Positions 9,394 through 17,429 of a stretch of 64,000 nt of DNA are shown piece after piece. The stretch comes from Parcubacteria group bacterium. Its GTDB lineage: Bacteria; Patescibacteriota; Minisyncoccia; Phycocordibacterales; UBA2135. How positions within the stretch are numbered: the first letter of the stretch is position 1; the number at the start of each line of letters is the position of its first letter. The stretch spans positions 345,980 to 409,979 of the forward strand of contig JACPBB010000002.1 of assembly GCA_016180525.1 (NCBI GenBank). Reading direction: 5' to 3'. The position numbers were made by a program, and so were the translations under genes. A model generated the notes under the pieces. The model was not told the origin of the DNA and ran no database searches. It worked only from the letters and a program-made list of their open reading frames with translations.

Positions 9394-11193
9394 TTGACCA
9401 CATTCCTTATGAATAATATTCGCAACTTCAGTATTATTGCTCACATTGATCATGGAAAATCTACCTTAGCGGATAGGATGCTTGAAATGACGGGTACGAT
9501 TGAAAAAAGAAAAATGAAAGAGCAGGTGCTTGATTCAATGGAGCTTGAGCGCGAACGCGGCATTACTATCAAACTTGCTCCTGTGAGAATGTCCTACGAT
9601 CTAAATGCTAAACGCTATACCCTTAATTTAATTGATACCCCAGGGCATATAGATTTTTCATATGAAGTTTCTCGTGCCCTAAAGGCCGTTGATGGAGCGG
9701 TATTGCTTGTTGATGCTACTCAAGGGGTACAAGCGCAGACGCTCTCTACCCTTGATACCGCACGGAACATGGGTCTTGTCATTATTCCTGTTGTTTCAAA
9801 AATAGATTCTTCGCTCGCAAAAATACCCGAAGTAAAAAAAGAATTAGCGACATTGCTTAAGTGTCCTATTGAGTCTGTACTCGCCGTATCTGGAAAAACG
9901 GGTGAAGGAGTGCATGAACTGTTAAAAGCAATTATTGAACGGGTGCCCTCTCCGAAGAGTGAAGAACAAGCGGGGCTTCAGGGACTTGTATTTGATTTTA
10001 GTTACTCAAATCATCGCGGGATTATTGTGTATGTGCGAGTATTTAATGGAGCCATAAAAAAAGGAGACACGTTACTTTTTAAAGTTACCAATGAAAAATT
10101 CACTGTTCTTGAAACGGGAGTTTTTATTCCAGAGGAAAAATCAGTTGAAACCCTTTCTGCGGGAGAGACCGGCTACATTGTAACGGGAATAAAAAAAATG
10201 GATAAAGCAGTCGTGGGGGATACAATTGTTGAGTTTAAAAATCCGCTACCTGCGCTTCCGGGCTACGAGGATCCACCACCCGTTGTCTGGGCATCCGTAT
10301 ATCCTCAAAGCCAAGATGACTTTGACTTGTTAAAAAATTCTTTATTTCGTCTTAAGCTTTCAGATTCAGCCCTTTCATTTTCCGAAGAACAGTCAGGTTC
10401 GCTTGGCAGGGGATTTCGGTGTGGTTTTTTGGGGATGCTTCATTTGGAGATTGTTGTGGAGCGGCTTAAGCGAGAATTTAACGTGTCGCTTATTGTTACG
10501 GCTCCGTCTATCGTCTATGAGATTGAGCGGATAGATGGGGGGAGAGAGAAAATTTATTCCGCGTCGCAACTCCCCGAAGAGCATACTTTTACGAAAATTT
10601 ATGAGCCATGGGCGCGTCTTACCATAATTACACCGCAAAACTATGTCGGGGATATTGTTCAGATTTTACACAAACACGAAGGAGTTATGGGAGAAACCCA
10701 CACGTTTGGAGACAGTCGTGTGTCATTTGAGGTGGAGATGCCCCTGCGGGAGCTTATGCGAAATTTTTTTGATGAGCTCAAGCGAGTTTCTTCCGGCTTT
10801 GCGTCGTTTTCATACAAGATTGCTGACGTTAGGGGGGCGGATATTGTGAAACTTGAAATGCTTGTTGCCGAGGAGATGCAGCCCGCGTTTTCCACTATTG
10901 TGCCACGTGCTCGGGCGCAGGAAGACGCAAAAAAACTCACAGATCGGCTTTATACTCTTTTGCCAAGGCAGTTATTTCCGATTAAAATTCAGGCAAAAGG
11001 AATGGGGAGAATTCTGTCGTCAAAAACACTTCCGGCTCTTAAAAAAGATGTGACCGGCTATTTATACGGAGGAGATATTACAAGAAAGCGCAAATTGTGG
11101 GAAAAACAGAAAAAAGGCAAGAAAAAACTACAAGCGCGCGGGACGGTGGAGATACCGCACGATGTCTTTTTGAAGATGGTAAAACGGGAGTAA
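9394..11193 (+). CDS. lepA: translation elongation factor 4 (LepA)
   Basis: GTP-binding motifs AHIDHGKST and DTPGHIDF; LepA-specific C-terminal domain; ORF-track start is TTG at 9394, more likely ATG at 9409 (MNNIRNFSIIAHIDHGKST). Confidence 0.85.
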   Translation: MTTFLMNNIRNFSIIAHIDHGKSTLADRMLEMTGTIEKRKMKEQVLDSMELERERGITIKLAPVRMSYDLNAKRYTLNLIDTPGHIDFSYEVSRALKAVDGAVLLVDATQGVQAQTLSTLDTARNMGLVIIPVVSKIDSSLAKIPEVKKELATLLKCPIESVLAVSGKTGEGVHELLKAIIERVPSPKSEEQAGLQGLVFDFSYSNHRGIIVYVRVFNGAIKKGDTLLFKVTNEKFTVLETGVFIPEEKSVETLSAGETGYIVTGIKKMDKAVVGDTIVEFKNPLPALPGYEDPPPVVWASVYPQSQDDFDLLKNSLFRLKLSDSALSFSEEQSGSLGRGFRCGFLGMLHLEIVVERLKREFNVSLIVTAPSIVYEIERIDGGREKIYSASQLPEEHTFTKIYEPWARLTIITPQNYVGDIVQILHKHEGVMGETHTFGDSRVSFEVEMPLRELMRNFFDELKRVSSGFASFSYKIADVRGADIVKLEMLVAEEMQPAFSTIVPRARAQEDAKKLTDRLYTLLPRQLFPIKIQAKGMGRILSSKTLPALKKDVTGYLYGGDITRKRKLWEKQKKGKKKLQARGTVEIPHDVFLKMVKRE

Positions 11194-11252
11194 GAAAATA
11201 CGAGAATGTTTTGCCATGTTCTTTATACTACTAACCCCAAACACCACATCTC

Positions 11253-11287
11253 GTCCCGTAGCTGACGTGGAGCGTCATGGTACTGGG
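11253..11287. repeat. right 35-bp inverted repeat bracketing lepA
   Basis: gtcccgtagctgacgtggagcgtcatggtactggg is the reverse complement of 9354..9388 with one mismatch. Confidence 0.8.
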
Positions 11288-11649
11288 ATGGTAAAACGAG
11301 ATAACTAGGAGTTGAATTTTAGTAGCTAGTGGATTAGAAAATAGGGGTGTAAAGGAAAAGCATACTGATAATAACAAGTATTCCAAGTCCTATCCATACA
11401 TTTCGCACCATTTTTCTATTCTTTTTTCCGAGAAACATGCCAAAAATTGAGGAGCGGAGCGACTGCAATTTTTGAGCACCCCGCACCTATTTTATTAAGA
11501 AATTATTTCTATAATATATAATATTACTACGAAAAAATATTTTTGCAAAGCGCGGGGCCGAATAGGCCAACCCTCATTACGCGAAGCGCTTTGCCACAAA
11601 ATACCTGCAAAATAGGTGCAGGGTATGGTTTTGCGATATAATATTACTA

Positions 11650-12054
11650 ATGGACGACTTTAAAAGAAGAACCAGAATAAGAAAAATTATTTATTCGCCC
11701 TTTACGGTAAGCGCGCTTTTAATACTTATTTTTTTTGTTGGGCATGCCACAATCAAAACCTTAGAAACATATCTTGAGACACGAGAGAATTATAAGGCGG
11801 CACTTGGTGAATTTGAAAAACTTGAAAACCGAAAAGAAAACATTGAAAACAGAATTGAAATGTTAAGTACCGAAAGGGGAATAGAAGAAGAAATCAGGAA
11901 CAAGTTTGGTTTTATAAAAGAAGGGGAGGAGGTTGTGATTATCGTTGAGCCTCCTAACTCACTCGATAACCCTCAAAAACAAAAAGAAGAGAAAGAAACG
12001 AAGGATAGTGTAATAAAAAACATTTTTGAATCAATTTTAAATATTTTTAGATAA
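11650..12054 (+). CDS. septum formation initiator family protein (FtsB/DivIC-like)
   Basis: 134 aa: N-terminal TM helix, coiled coil, C-terminal ERGIEEEIRNKFGFIKEGEEVVII matching the FtsB/DivIC C-terminal consensus. Confidence 0.6.
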   Translation: MDDFKRRTRIRKIIYSPFTVSALLILIFFVGHATIKTLETYLETRENYKAALGEFEKLENRKENIENRIEMLSTERGIEEEIRNKFGFIKEGEEVVIIVEPPNSLDNPQKQKEEKETKDSVIKNIFESILNIFR

Positions 12055-12188
12055 ATACTTAGTATGAAGCGTGCCGTCAAATTTTTTAAAATAAGCACTG
12101 CTCGCTAAAAGAATTAGTGGGGGCGTTATTGTTTTTTTAGAATATATACGACAGATGCATTGATAAAGATTTGAAACAAAATTCTTTT

Positions 12189-12226
12189 AGAAACAAAAAA
12201 TGCCACAGCATCGAAATCCGTGGCAC
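12189..12226 (-). terminator. rho-independent terminator downstream of the 12247..12513 gene
   Basis: minus strand gccacggatttcgatgctgtggc hairpin plus attttttgtttc. Confidence 0.55.
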
Positions 12227-12246
12227 ATAAATGATTGGGTGGCGTG

Positions 12247-12513
12247 TCAGTTGCTGCTGCCCTTGTGTGTGACCGTAAATATTTCGCCCGCTATCATTGT
12301 ACGTTCCTGATCAGGAACCCCACGAGTCGGCCTCACCCACACAGTTCTACATTTCTCTGAGATGGTAAGACCAGGACATGGAGCTTTTTCCCAGAAGCCA
12401 GTAGTTGAGTCATACACGTCATTTTTCATAATGATGTCACCGGGCTCTAGCCGATACCCGTAAATACCAATTGAGCTCTCCGGATGACGATGGATAGATT
12501 CCTTTGAAATCAT
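12247..12513 (-). CDS. hypothetical protein
   Basis: 88-aa ORF with its own terminator; no recognisable motif. Confidence 0.4.
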   Translation of the reverse strand: MISKESIHRHPESSIGIYGYRLEPGDIIMKNDVYDSTTGFWEKAPCPGLTISEKCRTVWVRPTRGVPDQERTMIAGEIFTVTHKGSSN

Positions 12514-12588
12514 GGGTGTTTTCTCTATGCTAGCGTCTGCGTCATTTATATTCTATCTAACTTTCAAAGTCAATGTCCTAGATTTTGA

Positions 12589-12620
12589 TGCGAGTAGCGG
12601 GAATCGAACCCGCGTCCTTT
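12589..12620 (-). pseudogene. tRNA 3'-half fragment (variable region, T-arm, acceptor 3' strand); no matching 5' half
   Basis: minus strand aaaggacGCGGGTTCGATTCCCGCtactcgca has a T-arm and TTCGATT loop, but the required 5' acceptor strand gcgagta is absent; lies 34 nt from the tRNA-Gly 3' end. Confidence 0.35.
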
Positions 12621-12652
12621 GCTTCGCCCCAAATGCAAAATTGCTCTCTTGA

Positions 12653-12723
12653 TGCGGAATACGAGAATCGAACTCGTGTCTACTGCTTGGGAAGCAGTCA
12701 TTTTACCACTAAACTAATTCCGC
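12653..12723 (-). tRNA. tRNA-Gly (anticodon CCC)
   Basis: manual fold: acceptor gcggaat/attccgc, anticodon loop ttCCCaa, T-arm acgag-ttcgatt-ctcgt. Confidence 0.75.
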
Positions 12724-12820
12724 AATTTTACAACGGGATTCTCAAAAAATATATTCTCGCCAGTCATTATTTTTTGGAAGAAGCAAATGTACTACCACTA
12801 TACTATACTCGCAGAATTGA

Positions 12821-12893
12821 TGGACCGTACCGGATTTGAACCGGTCGCCTCTTCCATGCCATGGAAGCGCTCTACCAAATGAGCTAACGGCCC
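12821..12893 (-). tRNA. tRNA-Ala (anticodon GGC)
   Basis: manual fold: acceptor gggccgt/acggtcc with G3:U70 Ala identity pair; anticodon loop atGGCat. Confidence 0.85.
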
Positions 12894-12915
12894 CCATCAG
12901 AGATAATACTGTATG

Positions 12916-15573
12916 TTATGTTTTTCTGTAAAGCCACTTTGCTCCTTCAACAAGCAAAATATTTATTGCTATCCAAGCGAGTAATCCTAACAGCCAAAAT
13001 GGAGAAAGTGGGACGGTTTTGAAAATCTTTTGAAGAGGCGTGACATATATTGTTGCTCCGATAAGAGCAATTCCCGCCGCAACACTCCATGTCAGAAATT
13101 TGTTTGAGAATAATGTATATGAAAACAGAGGTTTTTTTAAACTCCTAAAAGAAAATGCGACGAATAATATGTATGAGGCAAAACAGGCAAAAAGAAATGT
13201 TTTTGCAATCTCCTCATTAACATTAAAATAGAACAGCCCGTAGTACAAAGCAAACAAAAGAAACGAAGAAAAAACTCCGACCACTAATGTCAAAAATTTC
13301 ACTTCAGCGTTTAAAATTTTTCTGTCCTCTTCCGCCCTACCCGTTACATCAAGGCTATTTTCAAATGCAAAAGAAAGCGAGGGTAAACTACCGGTAAAAA
13401 AATTAACCCAAATAATCTGAAGTGCGGTAAGCGGCAGGGGGAGCCCCGCGAGAAGACTCATGCCGATAAGCACGACCTCATCTAAAGAGTTTGACATTAA
13501 ATATACAAATGATTTTCTTATATTTCCCAATATTCTCTTTCCCTCCTCAATCGCCGCGACAATAGTATTAAAATTATCATTGAGCAAAACCAAATCTGCG
13601 ACATCTTTAGCCACATCACTTCCAGAGCCGACCGCTACTCCAATATCAACCGCCTTGAGAGACGGAGCGTCATTTACACCATCACCGGTCATGGCCACGA
13701 TTTCTCCTTTTTGTTTATATAAAAGCCCGATACGCAGCTTGTCTTCCGGAGTTACTCGAGCGAATATTTTTATTTTGTCTAGATTTTCAAGTAGTTCTTT
13801 ATCGGAGAGTTTTTCTAAGCCTTCTCCAGTTAATATTTCTCCCGGAGAAATGTTCCATCCGATTTCTTTTGCGATAGAACGCGCTGTTCCGCTGAGGTCT
13901 CCTGTTGCCATAACCACCTTGATTCCGTAATGTTCCATTTGTTTTATGGCGTTTGGAATTTCAGGACGTACTGGGTCGTAGAACGCCAGAATACCTAAAA
14001 ATTGAAGATTTTTTATATCTGCCGCTTGAACTTGAGTGGGATTTTTTAGCCGCTTATCTACAGCTTTTATGGCAATGCCTAAAATGCGCTTTCCTTCCTC
14101 ACTTAACTTTTCAATGGTTTCCAGGGCTTTTATGTACTCTTCTTTTTTTAAATCCGATTGTTTCAGAAGAATATCCGGAGCTCCCAACACTGCAAGAAAG
14201 TCTTCCCGCGCGGCGCTTTTAATGGTAAATGTTTTTGACTCGCGCACATACGCGGCAGAAAATTTATTTTTTGAATTAAACGGAAGGACTGAGTAAAATT
14301 CCTTTTTTTTGAATATAGAGAGAACGTCTATACCTTGTGCTGCCGCGGCTTTTACAATTTGTGTTTCAAGAGGCCTCCCGGAGAGGCGCCATTTTTCTTT
14401 TGACTCCTCGGGATTTTCTATAAGGACATTTACGTTTGAAAGGGCAAGGGTTAGAATTTCTTTTTCAGGAGGACTTAATTGGGTTATCGGTTTGTGGTCT
14501 TTCGTTTTTCCAAAAATTACATGTTCTGCGATTGCCACATCTACAAGTTCCATGTGTGCCCGTGTCAGAGTTCCGGTTTTATCGGTCATAATGAGAGTCG
14601 TTGACCCCAAAGTTTCTGCGGCGGCGAGATTTCTTACAACACCCTTTCGTCGAGCGAGCCGCTCTACTCCTACGGCAAGAATTACGGTGAGCGCAATAGG
14701 TAAAGACTCGGGAATCGCGCCAACTGCTACGGCGGCTGAAATTAAAAACATATCAAAAAATGTTTCACCTCGAGTAATGCCAAGAATAAAAATGCCTACG
14801 ACCACAGCAGAGGCAAGCCCCGCAATGACCCATGCAAGTTTTGAGACCGCCAGTTGAAGTGGTGTCTTTTGCCGCTTTGTTTCGGAAACAAGAGCCGCGA
14901 TTTTTCCTATTTCCGTGTTTCTACCCGTTGCGGTTATGACTCCAACCCCGAATCCCTCAACGATAAGCGTGCCGCCAAATACCATGTTTTTTCTTTCATG
15001 AATTCCAGCCGACTCAGAAATGAGGTCAAGATTTTTTGTCACAGGCATTGCTTCTCCGGTAAGAATTGATTCATCAACGGCAAGTTCTTTTACTGACAGA
15101 AGCCGTGTATCTGCCGGTACCCGTGTTCCGTAAGAAAGATGAATAATATCTCCCGCTACTATTTGCTCGGCGTCCAGTTCATGCTCCTCTCCGTCGCGGA
15201 TTATTCGCGCTCGTTCTTTGATATAGAGCGTTAGCCGTAGAAGCGCCTCTTCCGCTCTATTTTCTTGATAAAATCCCAAAATTGCATTTACGGCAAGTGC
15301 GAGGAATATGACAGTCGCGTCAATCCATTTGTGCAGGTATAAGGTAAGGCCTCCGGCGATAATCAGTATAAAAATAAGAGGGCTTTTAAATTGGGCAAGA
15401 AATATTGTGAGACGGGTGAGCCGCCGTTTTTTTCCGAATACGTTGTAACCGAAAACCTTGAGTCGTCTCTCGGCTTCTGTTTTTGTTAGTCCATCTTCGT
15501 GGCTTTGAAGTTCATTCAGTGATTCCTGTGTGGTTAAGGCCCAGAATGGTTTTTGTATTACGTTTTTATCCAT
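12916..15573 (-). CDS. cation-transporting P-type ATPase (type IIA, Ca2+-ATPase-like)
   Basis: 885 aa; phosphorylation motif DKTGTLT, hinge motif MTGDGVNDAPSL, ten TM segments. Confidence 0.85.
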   Translation of the reverse strand: MDKNVIQKPFWALTTQESLNELQSHEDGLTKTEAERRLKVFGYNVFGKKRRLTRLTIFLAQFKSPLIFILIIAGGLTLYLHKWIDATVIFLALAVNAILGFYQENRAEEALLRLTLYIKERARIIRDGEEHELDAEQIVAGDIIHLSYGTRVPADTRLLSVKELAVDESILTGEAMPVTKNLDLISESAGIHERKNMVFGGTLIVEGFGVGVITATGRNTEIGKIAALVSETKRQKTPLQLAVSKLAWVIAGLASAVVVGIFILGITRGETFFDMFLISAAVAVGAIPESLPIALTVILAVGVERLARRKGVVRNLAAAETLGSTTLIMTDKTGTLTRAHMELVDVAIAEHVIFGKTKDHKPITQLSPPEKEILTLALSNVNVLIENPEESKEKWRLSGRPLETQIVKAAAAQGIDVLSIFKKKEFYSVLPFNSKNKFSAAYVRESKTFTIKSAAREDFLAVLGAPDILLKQSDLKKEEYIKALETIEKLSEEGKRILGIAIKAVDKRLKNPTQVQAADIKNLQFLGILAFYDPVRPEIPNAIKQMEHYGIKVVMATGDLSGTARSIAKEIGWNISPGEILTGEGLEKLSDKELLENLDKIKIFARVTPEDKLRIGLLYKQKGEIVAMTGDGVNDAPSLKAVDIGVAVGSGSDVAKDVADLVLLNDNFNTIVAAIEEGKRILGNIRKSFVYLMSNSLDEVVLIGMSLLAGLPLPLTALQIIWVNFFTGSLPSLSFAFENSLDVTGRAEEDRKILNAEVKFLTLVVGVFSSFLLFALYYGLFYFNVNEEIAKTFLFACFASYILFVAFSFRSLKKPLFSYTLFSNKFLTWSVAAGIALIGATIYVTPLQKIFKTVPLSPFWLLGLLAWIAINILLVEGAKWLYRKT

Positions 15574-15705
15574 ATTTTGCGTATTTCTCTATTTTCTCAC
15601 GGATACAACTATTAAAAAAGCCCCACTTTAAATGTTTGGGAAGGGCTTTACAGGTGAAATGATATGTAGAAAGTTTATCAATCTTCAAGAGTGAGACTGT
15701 ATTCT

Positions 15706-15966
15706 TTAAGACTTGTCCGCGAAGAGCTGAGCAATTCGACGATTGAGCTCCTCCGAAACCTTAGGAAAGGGATGCTCGTCATCCATCTCTATTCTTTCAA
15801 AATTTGGGTCTGTTCGCATATTTAACATCTGGGGAGCATATTCCTCATAGACACCGGACTCAAGAGTTACTCCGTAACAAGGAGGGTTGCCCCCAGTCAT
15901 TGTTTTTCCAGGAACATCTACAAGAGCCACTCCATGCAAGGGCGCAAACTCAACATATATTTTCAT
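15706..15966 (-). CDS. hypothetical protein
   Basis: 86-aa ORF with a terminator hairpin downstream at about 15640..15680. Confidence 0.4.
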   Translation of the reverse strand: MKIYVEFAPLHGVALVDVPGKTMTGGNPPCYGVTLESGVYEEYAPQMLNMRTDPNFERIEMDDEHPFPKVSEELNRRIAQLFADKS

Positions 15967-16127
15967 GATAGGATAACCTTTCTGATTTGTTCAGCTGTTT
16001 TAACTAGTTAAATTTTAACATACTCAAAGGAAAAAGCAAGTTTTTGTAAAAGTAGTTCTCCTTTAGTGCATCATATATTATGTATGTTATAATGACATTA
16101 TTATAAAAAGTCATAATACTTATTTTT

Positions 16128-16367
16128 ATGGACAAAAAAGTGGTTATTTATACGACGCCGACATGCATGTATTGCAAGGCGACTAAAGAATTTTTTAAGG
16201 AAAATAATGTTGCCTATGATGAATTTGACGTCGCGACAGACGCGGAAAAGCGGGAGGAGATGATTCAAAAAAGTGGACAGATGGGCGTGCCAGTCATTTT
16301 TGTGGGGGATAAAATGGTAGTTGGATTTAATAAAGACAAGTTATCGGAACTGTTGAGTATACAATAA
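16128..16367 (+). CDS. glutaredoxin-like protein (NrdH/YruB-like thioredoxin fold)
   Basis: 79 aa with a CMYC active-site motif in a glutaredoxin-like context (VVIYTTPTCMYCK); terminator at 16378..16406. Confidence 0.7.
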   Translation: MDKKVVIYTTPTCMYCKATKEFFKENNVAYDEFDVATDAEKREEMIQKSGQMGVPVIFVGDKMVVGFNKDKLSELLSIQ

Positions 16368-16377
16368 TAAATAATTC

Positions 16378-16406
16378 AAAATACCGCTTTGTAGCGGTAT
16401 TTTTAG
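16378..16406 (+). terminator. rho-independent terminator
   Basis: ataccgc-tttgta-gcggtat hairpin plus ttttt. Confidence 0.6.
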
Positions 16407-16407
16407 A

Positions 16408-16479
16408 TGCCCCCAGCATGAATTGAACACGCATTTACCCCTTAGGACGGGGTTGTTCTATCCGTTGAACTATGGGGGC
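16408..16479 (-). tRNA. tRNA-Arg (anticodon CCT)
   Basis: manual fold: acceptor gccccca/tgggggc, D-stem gttc/gaac, anticodon loop gtCCTaa, T-loop ttcaatt. Confidence 0.7.
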
Positions 16480-16525
16480 TGTAATATTTTTACAGTATCA
16501 CATTTGCTATAATAATATAACTGTT

Positions 16526-16819
16526 ATGGATCCCGAAGAACAAAAAATACTTGAGAGAATACTCAAACTTTCAGAGGAAAACAACAAACTCTTGAAAAAA
16601 ATAAACCGTTCTATACAATGGGGGAGGTTTATCCACGCCCTCTATTGGGTCATCATCATTGGCTCCGCAGTAGGCGCGTATTATTTTCTACAGCCGTTTT
16701 TTGATGCATTTACGGGGGCGCTTGGAACAGTTGGCGCTGGCGTAGAGAATTTACAGAAAGTTGGCGGGTCATTGCCTGATATTGGAGGATTGCTTCAACA
16801 ATTTAATATACAGCGATAA
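16526..16819 (+). CDS. hypothetical single-TM protein
   Basis: ORF-track 16472 start overlaps tRNA-Arg; the internal Met (MDPEEQKIL) avoids the overlap. Confidence 0.4.
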   Translation: MDPEEQKILERILKLSEENNKLLKKINRSIQWGRFIHALYWVIIIGSAVGAYYFLQPFFDAFTGALGTVGAGVENLQKVGGSLPDIGGLLQQFNIQR

Positions 16820-16844
16820 AAATGAAATAAACACGCCTGGGTAG
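16820..16844 (+). repeat. 25-bp direct repeat, copy 1 (includes the first 10 nt of a tRNA-Phe 5' end)
   Basis: aaatgaaataaacacgcctgggtag is identical to 17154..17178. Confidence 0.75.
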
Positions 16845-16889
16845 CCCCGACGCGCGAAGCGGTCGGGGTCCCGACCGAAGCGTCGGGAC
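16845..16889. repeat. G+C-rich nested palindromic repeat element (REP-like family copy)
   Basis: ccccgacgcgcgaagcggtcggggtcccgaccgaagcgtcgggac; shared architecture CCGACGC...GGTCGG(G/A)GTCCCGAC...GCGTCGGG with four other copies. Confidence 0.65.
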
Positions 16890-16906
16890 TCAGCCTAAGA
16901 GTATAC

Positions 16907-17164
16907 ATGGCTTACGTCTATATTTTACAAAACGAGAACGGAAGATATTATGTAGGTAGTACCAGTAATTTAGAAAAACGTATGCAACACCACAGAGGTG
17001 GCTATACTCCGTCAACGAGGAGACTGAAAGCGTTTCAGCTAGTTTTTTCTCAAAAATACGACAGCCTTTTTGAGGCACGAGATATTGAACGAAGATTAAA
17101 AAAGTTAAAGCGTCATGATTATCTTCAAAAAATTATTCGCGATGGTAAAATACAAATGAAATAA
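16907..17164 (+). CDS. GIY-YIG nuclease domain protein (free-standing, homing-endonuclease-like)
   Basis: 85 aa; YVYILQNENGRYYVGSTSNLEKRMQHH matches the GIY-x10-YVG-x-T...R...H GIY-YIG catalytic core. Confidence 0.75.
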   Translation: MAYVYILQNENGRYYVGSTSNLEKRMQHHRGGYTPSTRRLKAFQLVFSQKYDSLFEARDIERRLKKLKRHDYLQKIIRDGKIQMK

Positions 17165-17178
17165 ACACGCCTGGGTAG
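17154..17178 (+). repeat. 25-bp direct repeat, copy 2 (overlaps GIY-YIG stop codon and tRNA-Phe 5' end)
   Basis: identical to 16820..16844. Confidence 0.75.
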
Positions 17179-17241
17179 CTCAGTTGGTAGAGCGCTTCCC
17201 TGAAGAGGAATAGGTCGCCAGTTCGATTCTGGCCCCAGGCA
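17169..17241 (+). tRNA. tRNA-Phe (anticodon GAA)
   Basis: manual fold: acceptor gcctggg/cccaggc, D-arm tagctcagttggtagagc, anticodon loop ctGAAga, T-loop ttcgatt. Confidence 0.9.
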
Positions 17242-17249
17242 TCAAAACA

Positions 17250-17283
17250 AAAATCATCCCGACGGCTATCGGGATGATTTTTT
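17250..17283 (+). terminator. hairpin terminator after tRNA-Phe
   Basis: aatcatcccga-cggcta-tcgggatgatt plus tttttt; near-identical hairpin at 56309..56345. Confidence 0.6.
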
Positions 17284-17429
17284 ACACTATTTTTCCCACA
17301 CATTTCCTTGACAAATAGAATTTAATATGTTAAGCTTTAGAAACCACTGAAATGTCTTTGGTGGTTTCTTCTAGGGGAAATCCTAGACCCAGATGGTCAT
17401 TGAAGCGACCAAGAGAAGGGAGACAAGAA

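Noticed and set aside
9394-9408. TTG start at 9394 for lepA (ORF-track start)
   Set aside because: The ATG at 9409 gives the canonical MNNIRNFSIIAHIDHGKST N-terminus. The extra MTTFL residues come from the spacer next to the left inverted repeat. I kept the track coordinates in the feature but regard 9409 as the more likely start.
12585-12839. ORF-track CDS 12585..12839 (+)
   Set aside because: It lies entirely across the tRNA-Gly, tRNA-fragment and tRNA-Ala genes on the opposite strand, so it is a spurious frame.
13040-15069. Several plus-strand ORFs (13460..13930, 14309..14857 and others) inside the P-type ATPase gene
   Set aside because: They are antisense to a well-supported 885-aa ATPase with intact catalytic motifs; they are shadow ORFs.
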